A DNA stretch of 64,000 bases from Octopus sinensis (taxonomy: Eukaryota). Shown here piece after piece: positions 52,004 to 64,000 of this stretch (within the stretch, counting starts at the first letter, position 1; every line of letters begins with the position of its first letter). Both the position numbers and the translations under genes were made by a program. The stretch lies in the NCBI RefSeq assembly GCF_006345805.1, contig NC_042999.1:151466001-151530000 (forward strand), read 5' to 3'. The notes beneath the pieces are model-generated. The model saw only the letters and a program-made list of their open reading frames with translations, was not told where the DNA came from and ran no database searches.

Positions 52004-52520
52004 GCAGTAGGTTGGAAGGATAGAAGGGAAGAAAAAATAGGAAACAAAGGAATAAGACAAAAATAAAAAATGAAAGAAAAGAAGGAAAGACAAGAAAAGA
52101 ATAAAAATGGTAGAAGCATGAAAGAAAGAAGACAAAAATAGAAAGAAAGAAAGAAAGAAAGATAGAGAGAAAAAGGAAAAAAGTGAGAAAGAAAGAAGGA
52201 AAGAAAGAAAGAAAGCAAGAAAGAAAGAAGGAACGAAAGAAAGAAAGCAAGAAAAAAAGAAAAAAGAAGGTTAGAAGAAAGTTAGGAATAAAAAAAGAAG
52301 AAAAAGCAGGATGAAGGAAAGAAGACGAAAAATTTAGGGAAAAGAAATAAAAAGAAGGAAGAAAATATTAAAAGCTAGAAGAAAGGAAGGAAAGAAAGGA
52401 GGAAGAAAGGAAGGAAGGAAGGAAGGAAGGATAGAAAGGAAGGAAAAGAAACAAAAAGAAAAAGAGAAAGGAAACAAAAGGATGAAAGAGTCAGAACGGA
52501 AGTAAAATGGAATAAAAGAA
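51770..52520 (+). repeat. Polypurine tract with (GAAA)n/(GGAA)n
   Basis: Direct inspection. Confidence 0.9.
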
Positions 52521-53113
52521 GAAATATTGTTAATAAATGTAACGAGATAATTTAGCCTTTACTTATTGGAAGGGTAATTAGTGAAAGAAGCAAGGGAGAA
52601 GGAGGAGGAGGTTAACTGTTGTCAACAGCCACCAGGGACTTGTAATTAAACAGATTCTAATAAGGAGAGTAATTAGCTTCATGCGAGGGTGGTCACATGG
52701 TAACAATTCAGAAACAAACAGGAAGATAATGAAAAAGAAAAAAAAAAGAAACAGTGGTGGTAGTGATGGTGGTGGTGGTGATGGTGGTGGAGGGGTGTGG
52801 TGGGTTAAAAGTAATCTGTGGAGGGAAAAAAGTGGCAAAGTAGAATTTATTGCTTCCATGAATAATGGATCTAATAAAAGGAACAACAGCAAAAGGAAAA
52901 TCAAAAGCATGCTTGTACACACACACATACATACACATTAATAGGAGTGGCTGTGTGGTAAGAAGCTTGCTTCCCAATCACATGGTTTCAGGTTCAATCC
53001 CACTGAGTGGCACCTTTGGCAGGTGTCTTCTACTATAGCCTCGGGCTGACCAAAGCCTTGTGAATTTGGTAGACAGAAACTGAAAGATTGTCAAATATAT
53101 ATATATATGTATG

Positions 53114-53159
<46 letters not shown>

Positions 53160-53160
<1 letters not shown>

Positions 53161-54700
53161 CTGCAGAGAATCACTGCAGAGATGCTCAAAATATATGGCG
53201 GTGTCGGCTATGGTCTAGTCACCCGTATAGTTAACCAGGTGATACATGAAGGAGTCATACCCAATGACTGGTGTAGCAACATTATAGTCAACTGCTACAA
53301 AGGTAAAGGCGACACTTTAGAAACCAATAATTACAGAGGTATCAAGTTGTTGGATCAGGTAATGAAGATCACGGAGAGTGTCATAGCCCAACTAATTAGA
53401 GAGAGAGTCAGTCTAGATGAGATGCAGTTTGGGTTTGTGCCAGGTAAAGCACCACTGATGCTATAATTCTGGTAAGACAGCTGCAGGAGAAATACCTAGT
53501 CAAAGATAAACCTCTGTACCTGGCTTTCATTGACATGGAGAAAGCCTTTGACGGTCCCCTGATCCCTTATCTGGTGGTCAATGAGGAAACTAGGGATAGA
53601 TGCATAGTTAGTGAGAGCTGTTCAAACCATGTAGAGGGATGCTGTCATTAAGGTGGGAGTTGGCAATGAGTTTAGTGAAGAATTCCGGCTAGGGGTAAGG
53701 GTCCACCAAGGATCAGTCTTCAGCCCCTCTTATTTGGAATAGTCCTCCAGGCAATAACAATTCAAGACAGGATGCATCTGGGTGTTCCTCTATGCTGATG
53801 AATTTGCTATAATTGCTGAGTTACTATCAGAACTAGAGGAAATGTTTCAGGTGTGGAAGCAAGGATTAGAATCGAAGGACCTTAGAGTCAATCTAGCTAA
53901 AATCAAAGTCATAGTAAATAGGAAGGCAGACAAATCACAAATCCCTTCAGGTAGATGGCCCTGCTTCATCTATAAAAAAGGCGAAGGTAGAAACTCCATA
54001 AGATGTACCCAGTGTAAGCTATGTACATATAAGAGGTGCAGAAATATCAAAGGAAGGCTAACTGGGAAGATAGTTTTGGTGTGTGGAAAATGCTCAGGTG
54101 CTAAAAACACTGAAAATGTGCAGAGAACAGCTTCTGTCACATTCCAGTAGTTGATAGCTTCCATTACCTAGGGAACCAAGTCAGTAGCAGAGGTGGATGC
54201 TCTGAGAGTGTAGTTGCTAGAATAAAAATAGCCTGGGCAAAGTTCAGAGAGCTCCTACCTCTGCTGATGACAAAGGGCTTCTTGCTCAGAGTAAAAGGTA
54301 GACTGTATGACGCAGTGAAACATGGGCCGTGACTGCTGAGGACATGTGTAAGCTCACAAGGAATGAAGCCAGCATGCTCTGATAGATGTGTAATGCCAGT
54401 GTGCATAAACGACAGAGCATAAGCACCCTGAGAGGAAAGCTGGATTTAAGAAGCATCAGATGTGGTGTGCAAAAGAGACAACTGCGCTGGTATGGTCATG
54501 TGTTGCAAATGAATGAGGACAGCTGTGTGAAAAAGTGTCACACCCTAGCACTTGAGGGAACCTGTGGAAAAGGTAGACCTAAGAAGACTTGGGATGAGGT
54601 GGTGAAGCATTACCTTCGAACATTGGGCCTTACCGAGGCAATGACAAGTGACCAAGACCTTTGGAGATATGCTGTGCTTGAGAAGACCCGACAAGCTAAG
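53160..54700 (+). mobile_element. Degenerate RTE LINE (same family as 8608-10624)
   Basis: KGKGDTLETNNYRGIKLL, QFGF, YADE and LRWYGHV motifs; many frameshifts. Confidence 0.9.
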
Positions 54701-55189
54701 CTGGATGCCCTTCCTGTCGCCAACCCTCACCCGTTTCCAATTCAGGTAACGCTTTGCCATGACCAGACATGTTTTCATGGAAGATTGGAAATGGACATAT
54801 TTGCATGGTAATGACACTTGCTTGCAACCAACACATGATGTCAAGGCAAAGAAACAGAGATGCACTACCATCCTTCTCCAGTATTGGTACTGTAAATATA
54901 ACCTTTGCAGTGGGGTGTGGGCATGCATATCTGTATCTGTTAGTGTAATTTCTTTCTTTTATATATTGGTCAAATATGTGAGGCCTTTATCTGTGCATGT
55001 GATGTGTATAGAGGTACAATATGTGTGGGAGCTTATATTGGTGGGGTGGAGAGAGTCTATTGGGTAGGTGTCTGCCATGTTGGGGCATGTGTGTTTCTTG
55101 GTGGGCACATTAGTGTATGTTTACCAGACTTCCAGGTATTGGTTGGGATCAAAGCTGGAGGACTAGTGATTATAGTCATGAGGGAACAT

Positions 55190-55470
55190 GCAGGTATGAT
55201 ATAGGATGTACTTTCTTTCATGTGAGTAAGCATTAAAACTTTCACTTCTGTTGTTCAGGTAGATGCCTGGGTGCTGAAAACTCTTTAATAATGCTCTTTT
55301 CTCAACCAGACATAACTTGCACTTCCTGATACTGTTGAAGTATGCTTTACATTTCTCTAGAATTTTTCACTTTATGCTGTACTTGGTGACGCTTTCTTTC
55401 AGAGACCATACATGCTTGGCTAGCGTTGTGATATTAAGTCTTTCCAGGATGTTGCCCATTTTGTCTTATG
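55190..55470 (-). mobile_element. Penelope-like endonuclease C-terminal remnant
   Basis: Manual translation TTLAKHVWSLK..KILEKCKAY..KCKLCLVEKR..LNNRSE. Confidence 0.7.
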
Positions 55471-55569
55471 CCCATTTGATCTTATGGTCCTCTGGTTTTT
55501 AAACAACAGTTTCTCTGTTACAGTGGCTGTTCAGTGGACATGTTGTATTACACCTACATACATACATAT

Positions 55570-56180
55570 CATAAGCAGTTGTCCAAAAATGTCATCACAG
55601 TAATATCTATCAATGAGACATTATGTTGTTGCAAGGACACTGTATAATGAGATCTGTTAGAAGGATAACCCCGAGGACAAAGAAATGAGAACCCACAGTA
55701 TGGGAGAAGCCATAGCCACTCATAATAAAAAGGAATACTGATGGAATGTCCCAGTGAAGACCTCAATAAAATGTAAACAATAGACCAGATATGATTTAAG
55801 ATAAGAAAAGAAACTGTGTACAGTTGTCCAGCAGGTGTTAATAGAAAGTTAAAGATCAGTGAAAAAGAGAACCTCTGTGCTGAATTATTGAGAAATAGGC
55901 AGTTACTCAATCCAGGTTACAAGTTCAGATTTATGCCCCTAATTATTGGGGCCCTGAGATATGTAACACAGTGACTAAATACCAATTTTGAGAAATTAGG
56001 CATCTTAAAACCAGAAAGGAGAAAGCTGATTCGAAGACTATAGATCCAAGCTATCACTGGAAGTGTAAAAATCTGTAAAACTTTTCAGAAGTTTATCATT
56101 TAAGTATATATGAGCATGTCTAGATATGCAACTATATGCACGAGAAGACAAACATAAAACAAAACATATAACTCTGCACG
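55570..56180 (+). mobile_element. Degenerate RLE-type non-LTR 3' fragment
   Basis: Remnants WNVPVKTSIKC, MPLIIGAL and IQAITGSVKICKTF. Confidence 0.55.
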
Positions 56181-56181
56181 A

Positions 56182-56236
<55 letters not shown>

Positions 56237-56363
56237 CATGCATGCATACATACATACATACATACCCTGTTGATGTTAAAATTCCAATGAAGGAGCCTTT
56301 GATCTAGGTTAGAAACCGACTCTTTATTGGCAAGAAATCTTGAAATAAAACTGAATAATGACG

Positions 56364-56397
<34 letters not shown>

Positions 56398-58342
56398 ACT
56401 GACTCATGTCTGTGAAACTGTGTGAAAGTCCATTGGATGGACTGTACCTGGAATGCAATGGGTCAACCTTATCTGTCTTTGGAATACTCAGCCTGTATAA
56501 CGTAATAAGTATAATTCAGTTTCAGTATAACTGAAGTAGATAGTTCAGTTTATTGAACTATCAGCTCATCGTCGAAACCGACGAAGGACCGATTTAGTTT
56601 TATAGTCACTCTACAGAACCTCCCACAGTGGGTTGTGAAACAATACCTTAGTATTATTTTAGAAAGATAAAACTACACTCTATGGGTACTTACATGGTTA
56701 ATTGACCTTGAAACGAAGCAGGAAGTTGAGAGAAATAAAACTAGTCGTTTGTTTTGTGTAGTTACGTAATTTGCTAAACATCAGAGAGAGTAAATTACCT
56801 TTTTAGTTGGAATAAAAGACACACTCTGTACCAATTTACGCCGGCTAACTGACAGCTTAATTGATACACCAAATTAATGTTGAAGTGAGAATGAACGAGA
56901 ATTTAGCTGAAACACACACCAGCACACACACACACAACTATAATAAGTAAATGAGTAAATAAATTAAATAAAAGTTACTTTTCTCTGAAGGAAGACAATA
57001 TTTCGTCATGGTGACGGCACTTTTGATTTTTTTTTTTCTACTCTCTGTGACAAAGGAAGGTTTCGGCCCAGAACGTTATTATTCTACCGCGAGGAAAGAA
57101 ACTTATTCTTTTCTAATTCTTTCACCCTCAGGTTTACAGTAGTTTCCCTAGCTACTTTTTCTCTACAGAGATATTGGTAGTTAATTAACAGTTTCAAAAT
57201 TTGTCACAAGGCCAGCAGGTTTTTCTTTTTTTTTTTGGCAGGAGGTGGTAAGTCGATTACATCGACATCAGTAATCAACAGGTACTTAATTAATCGACCC
57301 CGAAAGGATGAAAGGCAGAGTCGACCTCGGCGGAATTTGAACTCGGAACGTAAAGACGGATGAAATGCCGCTAAGCCTTATGCTCGGTGTGTTAACGACC
57401 TTGCCAGCTCGCCAACTTATGGAGGTAATAATTAATTAATGCTGACCGTAAGACATAAGAAGAAAATTTTAATCAAATATTCAAGCTCGCTTTACAACCA
57501 TGTGGTTTCGGGTTTAGTCGAACTGCGCGGCACCATGAGCAAGTGTTTTCTACTCGAGCGTTGAGTCGACCTATGTCCTGTGATAGAATTTCCTCGACGA
57601 AAACTGAGTGGAAGCTCGTTGCATATACGTGTGTGTGTGTGTTTGAGTGTGTTTATTCCCCTCCCCAAGCAGAGCTTGACAACCGGTGTTGGTTTGTTTA
57701 GGTGCCCGTAACCTAGCAGTATGGCGAAAATAACTTTTTCTTTCTTTTTTTGTTTTGACTTGTTTCAGTCATTTGGCTGCGGCCATGCTGGAGCACCACC
57801 TCTAGTCGAACAAATCAACCCCATGACTTATTCATTGTAAGCCAAGTACTTACTCTATCGATATCTTAGGTCGAACCGCTAGTTTATGGGGGCGTAAACA
57901 CTCCAACATCAGTTGTCAAGCGATGGTGGAGGAACAAACTCACACACACAAATACATACATACATACATACAGACATACGAAGTATGGGGGTTTAGTTCA
58001 CAGGTGATCTAAACGAATAGGTACGCTAGGTAAGTGCTGTAAAGGATTGCTTGGGCCCCAAAGTTATAGCCGAGATGGTAGTTATGGAGACATTGCAGAT
58101 TTCCAATATAGTGGATATGTAATTGTTAAAGAGGACAACAAGCGTTAAAGCAAGGCAAACATCTCAAGTCATATATATTATTTTTATTGGAAAGGGCTTC
58201 TTTCAGTTTCCATCTACCAATCCACTCACAAGGCTTTGGATGGCCCAAGGCTATAGTAGAAGACAATTGTCTAAGCCATGCAGAGAACCTGAACCCAGTA
58301 AGCAACCTACTTACCACATAGACACACCTGAACCTATGTATG

Positions 58343-58427
<85 letters not shown>

Positions 58428-58430
<3 letters not shown>

Positions 58431-59712
58431 TCATCATCGTAATCATCATCGTCGTCGTCGTCATCATCTGCAGCGGTGTTTAACATCCGCTTTCTATGCT
58501 GGCATGGGTTGCACGGTTTGAGGACTGGCAAACCAGAAGGCTGTAACAGACTCCAGTCTGATCTGGCAAGGTTTCTACAGCCGGATGCCCTTCCTAATGC
58601 CAACCACTCCGAAAGTGTAGTGGGTGCTTTTTATGTGCCACCAGCACGTGGGCCAGTTAGGCAGTACTGGCATCTACCACACTTGAATTGTGCATTTTAT
58701 GTGCCACTGGCACAGGTGCCAGTCAGGCAGTACTAGCATCGGCCACGACAATGGCTTCACTTGACTCAACAGGTCTTTGCAAGCACAGTTTATTGGCCAA
58801 TGATTGAAGGGTACTCTTAAATGGGCTGGTTATGCTGCACTGGCATAGGCCACAGTTATGGTCTCACCTGGCTTGCCAGGTCTTCTCAAGCACACCATAT
58901 ATCCAAAGGTCTCAGTCACTCATCATCGCCTCTGTGAGGCCCAATGTTCGAAGGTCATGTTCCACCACCTTATACCAGGTCTTCCTGGGTCTACCTCTTC
59001 CACAGGTGCCCTTAACCTCTAGGGTGTAACACTTTTTAAACACAGCTATCCTCATCCATCTCACCACATGACTGTACCAGTGCAGTCATCTCTCTTGCAC
59101 ACCACATCTGATGCTTCTTAAGTCCAATTTTTTTCTCAGGGTTCTTACACTCTGTCATGTATGCACACTGACATTACACATCCAGCGGAGTATACTGGCT
59201 TCGTTTCTTGCAAGCTTACACATGTCCTCAGCAGTCATGGCCCATTTTTCACTACCATGTAGCATGTTTTTCACACAGATGCATCGTACAGTCTACATTC
59301 TACTCTGAGTGAGTTGGTTATGACTCCTTCATGTATTACCTGATTGACTATATGGGTGACTAGACTATAGCCGACACCGCCAGATATTTTAAGCATCTCT
59401 GCGGTGATTCGTGATGGGGGCTTTCCTTGTCTTCATACCCTTAATTGCTTTATCTACCAAGGTACTGTCAATTTGGATAGATGGTCTCTTTGTTGGGTCA
59501 ACATTTGGCAAACTCTCTTTCTCCCATTCATTCTCTTCATTTAGCAACCTTTCATAGCGGTGTCTCCAAATCTCTCTCTTTGCAGGCTCATTAAATGCAA
59601 CTGAACCATCATCCATGCAGACACATTTCTTTCCTATGACATCATGATTCTCTCTCACACACTGTCTTGCAACATGAATCACTTCAAGTCTTTGGTCCTC
59701 ACGACATAGACA
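58428..59712 (-). mobile_element. Internally deleted RTE LINE
   Basis: 3'UTR and ORF end, then a jump near 59310 to the pre-RT region (VARQCVRENHDV..ERLLNEEN). Confidence 0.85.
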
Positions 59713-61914
59713 ACAGGCTTATTTTAGTTTCTGTCTACCAAATCCACTCACAAGGCTTTAGTTAGCCTGAGGCTATAGTATAAGACACTTGCCCAAGGTG
59801 CCACACAGTGGGACTGAACCTGGAACCTTGTGGTTGGGAAGCAAGCTACTTACCACACAGCCACTCCCACACCTAATAGAATAAATACTAAACATGCAAA
59901 AATAAGTATTGGAGGTGATTTGTTCAACCAAACTTTTAGTCTTAGTCTTCCATATTGCTTGGTGATCTTGTTGGAGCTGGTGCTGCATAATAAGCACCTA
60001 CTACACTTTGTAAAATGGTTGGTATTAGGAAGGGCATCAGGCGTAGAAATCAGCAGAGTTTGGCACAATCCTCTGGTTTACCAAGGCGGCGAGCTGGCAG
60101 AAGCTTTAGCATGCCAGGCGAAATGCTTAGCGGCATTTCGTCTGTCTTTATGCTCTGAGTTGAGATTCCGCAGAGGTCAACTTTGACTTTCATCCTTTCG
60201 GGATTGATAAATTTAGTACCAGTTGCGTACTGGGTTTGATGTAATTGACTGGTAACCTCCCCCAAAATTTTGGACCTAGTACCTAGTAGAAAAGAATTCT
60301 CTGGCTCACCACCTTCTGTCAAACTGTCCAGCCCATACCAGCTTGGAAAAGGGATGGTAAATGATGATGATGATGATGATGGTTATCTATACATATATAG
60401 GCACAGGAGTGGCTGTGTGTTAAGAAGCTTGCATCCCGACCACATGTTCTGCATTCAGTCCCATCGCATGGCATCTTGGGCAAGTGTCTTCTGCTATAGT
60501 CTCAGGCTGACCATAGCATTGTGAGTAGATTTGGTAGATGGAAACTGAAAGAATCCTGTCATGTATGTGTGTGTGTGTGTGTGCGTCTGTATTTGTGTGT
60601 CTGTGTTTCTCCCCCCTCCTCATCATCGTTTGACAGCCGGTGTTGGTATGTTTACATCCCTGTAACTTAGTGGTTTGGCAAAAGAGACCAATAGAATAAG
60701 TACTAGGCTTACAATGAATAAGTCTTGGAGGTCGATTTGTTCAACTAAAAAGGCAGTGCTCCAGCATGGCTGCAGTCAAATGACTGAAACAAGTAAAAGA
60801 ATAAAGGAATATATTTTTACAGTCAAACATATACATTTAAATAGCTTCCACAGTTTTGGCCATGTAAGGCATATTGTGATCATATAACAAGCAAAAAAAA
60901 AAAAAAATGAAAGAGATAAAAATAATGGGATAAAGCTCTTTTGTTTGTTTCAGTCATTTGACTGTGGCCATGGTGGAGCTCCACCATTAGTCGAACAAAT
61001 CGACCCCAGGACTTGTTCTTTATAAACTTTGTACTTATTCTATCGGTCTCTTTAGCCGAACCGCTAAGGTATGGGGATGTAAACACACTACCATCATTTG
61101 TCAAGCGATGGTGTGGGGACAAACACAGACACACAAACATATACATATACATATATACATACAACAAGCTTCTTTTAATTCCCATCTACCAAATCCGCTC
61201 ACAAGGCTTTGGTCGGCTCGAGGCTATAGTAGAAGACACATGCTCAAGGTGCTATGCAGTGGAACTGAACCTGGAACCATGTGGTTGGTAAGCAAGCTAC
61301 TTACCATGCAGCCACTCCTGTGCCTATAATATATATATATATATATATATATTTGTAGTTATATTTATATATATATATGTATATGATGATGATGATGATA
61401 TTTATAGTTATATCCTTATTCCCGTTTGGATTAACCTTATATATATATATATGTATATATGTGTGTGTGTGTATGTATGTATATACGACTGGCTTCTTTC
61501 AGTTTCCATCTACCAAATCCACTCACAGGGCTTTGGTCAGCCCGAGGTTATAGTAGAAGACACTTGCTGATGGTACCACACAGTGGAACTGAACCCAGAA
61601 CCATGTAGTGGGAGGCAAGCTGCTTACCACACAGCCAACATTGACCAAATATAGTTGGGAAAATGAACCAAAATAAAAAAGTGTTGAATGCAAACAGCCA
61701 AGGAAAATTACCGGATCTTAATATGTGATATAAAATAATAGCTTATTTTTGGACTGCATTTAGAAATAGTAACTTTCCAGGATGTTGGCTTCGCTTGTTT
61801 TGGGGTTTTCTGTTGTATTAACGTTTTTTTTTCTTCTTTTTTTTCTTCTTCATTTTGTATTTCTGTATAAATTACATTTCCATTAATCAGTCTAGTCTTT
61901 GACTGTATTCAGAA

Positions 61915-62044
61915 AACACATGCACACACACACATGTACACTCGTGCATGCACTCACACACACACACACACAAAATGCATGCACACACACAAAACGCACG
62001 AACGCACACAGACACACACACACACACACAAAACATGCATGCAT

Positions 62045-62082
<38 letters not shown>

Positions 62083-62255
62083 CATGTATGCACATACACG
62101 CACACAAAACGCACGAACGCACACAGACACACACATACAAAACATGCACGGACGTGCACACACACATGCACACACACATGCACACACACACACACACAAA
62201 ACATGTATGCACACACACGCACACACACATACACACACATACACATACACACAAA
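61915..62255. repeat. Compound (CA)n microsatellite with higher-order repeats
   Basis: Direct inspection. Confidence 0.9.
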
Positions 62256-62738
62256 TGTGCGTCTATAAATAAAGATCGATTTTTATATTAATCTGACTCT
62301 GATAAGGCGGCAAGCTGGCCGAATCATTAGCATGCTGGGCAAAATGCTTAACAGTATTTCATCTGTCTTTATGTTTTGAGTTCAAATTCCGCTGAGGTCG
62401 ACTTTGCCTTTCATCCTTTCGGGGTCGATAAATAAAGTACCAATTGTGTACTGGGGTTGATCTAATCAACTGGCCACCTCCCCAAAAATTTCAGGCCTTG
62501 TGCCTTGAGTAGGAAAGGATATTAATCTGATGATGGCTTAACTGGTTGTAACTTTGAGATCACTATTAACAATATTCTTGTTTAACCTTTAAACATTCAA
62601 ATTACTCTGTCAAATGTAATGCTTGTTTATTTATATTGTTTTGAATTAATCATGCATTATCCTGTTGCTTAGAAATTTTGATGATGTGTTTGTGTGTATA
62701 TATATATATGTGTGTGTGTGTATATGTATGTATGTATG

Positions 62739-62784
<46 letters not shown>

Positions 62785-62788
<4 letters not shown>

Positions 62789-62900
62789 CAACTAAAAACT
62801 TTTCCGGTAATAGCCGGCTGTAGTTGCAACTAGGCTTCATGTACCTTTGCATGTCATTTAAGTCCTCCTGCTATTACCGGAAAAGTTTTTAGTTGCCAAT
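62785..62900. repeat. Perfect ~30-bp inverted repeat adjoining (TA)n
   Basis: ATTGGCAACTAAAAACTTTTCCGGTAATAGC / GCTATTACCGGAAAAGTTTTTAGTTGCCAAT. Confidence 0.85.
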
Positions 62901-63104
62901 TCTGTACAAAACATTGTAGACTTTTAGCTGGGCTAAAAGGTCACATTCGATCACAGCACCAATAACAGTTAAGCTTCATGCAATGGCCATACTCGATAAC
63001 GAGGGGGCAGCCATCATATATATATATATATATATTTACCAGAGCAAGCACATAAATGTGAAACAAGGTGGAAAAAATAGTACTCGAATACCAGAGGTAT
63101 TAAA

Positions 63105-63249
63105 AAGCAGCAAAGATATCACAAAAACTGTTACTCAGAGTTCCATGTTCCCATCCATTGGACAGTTTTGTTCCCTTCTAAATAAAACTGTCCGACGAAC
63201 GGGAAAGTGAAACAGAAAAAGAGAAACAGTTTTTGTGATATTTTTGCTG
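63105..63249. mobile_element. Inverted pair of degenerate HHR-bearing repeats (family of 11174-11228)
   Basis: AAAACTGT CCGACGA ACGGGAAAGT GAAAC on + strand; inverted partner at 63105-63170. Confidence 0.6.
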
Positions 63250-63525
63250 TGAACAGAATAAATTTATTCTAAAAAACCTTACTACTAATCAACCATTTAA
63301 TTTGAATTTAAACACTTAGCTTGTTGTTGTTTGAATAATATAAGATAGCAGGAACAACTTAATAATGTTGTAATGTTGTAAAACTAATAAAATTAATAGA
63401 ATTTATCTTAAATTTCAAATGGTCTTCCCTAGTTTGAGTTTATAAAGTATTTCAACTATTCCTGCTACTCTTCCTAATTTGATGCATTTGTCAGTGGAAT
63501 TATTTATTTACTTACAGTGTGAAGA

Positions 63526-63856
63526 TGCATGGCTCAGTGGTTAGAGTGTCGAGCTTACAATTGTGAGGTTATGAGCTTGAATCCCAGACTGGGCTGCGTA
63601 TTGTGTTCTTGCGCAAGACACTTTATTTCATGTTGCTCCAGTTCACTCAGCTGTAGAAATGAGTTGCGACATCACAGGTGCCAAGCTGTATCAGCCTTTG
63701 CTTTTCTCTTGGATAACACTGGTGGTATGGAGAGGGGAGGCCGGTATGCTTGGGTGACTGTTGGTCTTCCATAAACAACCTTGCCCAGACTTGTGCCTGG
63801 GAGGGTAACTTTCTAGGTGCAATTTCAAGGTCTGTGTCATGACCTAAAGGGGTCTC
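63526..63856 (+). mobile_element. tRNA-derived SINE (third family)
   Basis: A-box TGGCTCAGTGG, degenerate B-box and TGTGTTCTTGCGCAAGACACTT core-like segment. Confidence 0.7.
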
Positions 63857-64000
63857 TCAGATACAGCGTAAACAGAGTTAGCAGTTATAATAACTGACTA
63901 AGGGATAAAATATCTGTATGTACTATCGATATCCTTTACCCATGTTATCCCTGGGCATTGGTGGGCAGGTACACTATGCATGTAGAGTGCAGGTAACAAC

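Noticed and set aside
56270-56340. CCAATGAAGG...GAAACC hairpin as a ribozyme (similarly ~56555-56600 and ~57045-57080)
   Set aside because: Core nucleotides do not match CUGANGA; too weak to call.

Overview
AT-rich, repeat-dense eukaryotic DNA, not prokaryotic. The SINE, RTE and microsatellite landscape resembles octopus/coleoid genomes (inference from recalled repeat families). One host gene is supported: a + strand Golgi type II carbohydrate sulfotransferase (Sulfotransfer_2, CHST8-14/HNK1ST-like). My four-exon model (3206-3287, 34721-34752, 37739-38524, 42397-42744) has matching splice phases and gives about 415 aa. The rest is mostly nested mobile DNA: RTE LINEs (one with a twin-priming inversion), a nest of Dong/R4-like elements in (TAA)n, mariner/Tc1, Merlin, hAT, Helitron and Penelope remnants, a solo LTR, tRNA-derived SINEs, a palindromic minisatellite and microsatellites. 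The most interesting signal is a set of hammerhead ribozyme (HHR) motifs. The best is a non-coding, highly structured 490-nt tandem unit with an inverted copy at 1742-2925 (retrozyme/Penelope-pLTR-like). All alignment and folding was done by eye; coordinates of degenerate repeats are approximate.
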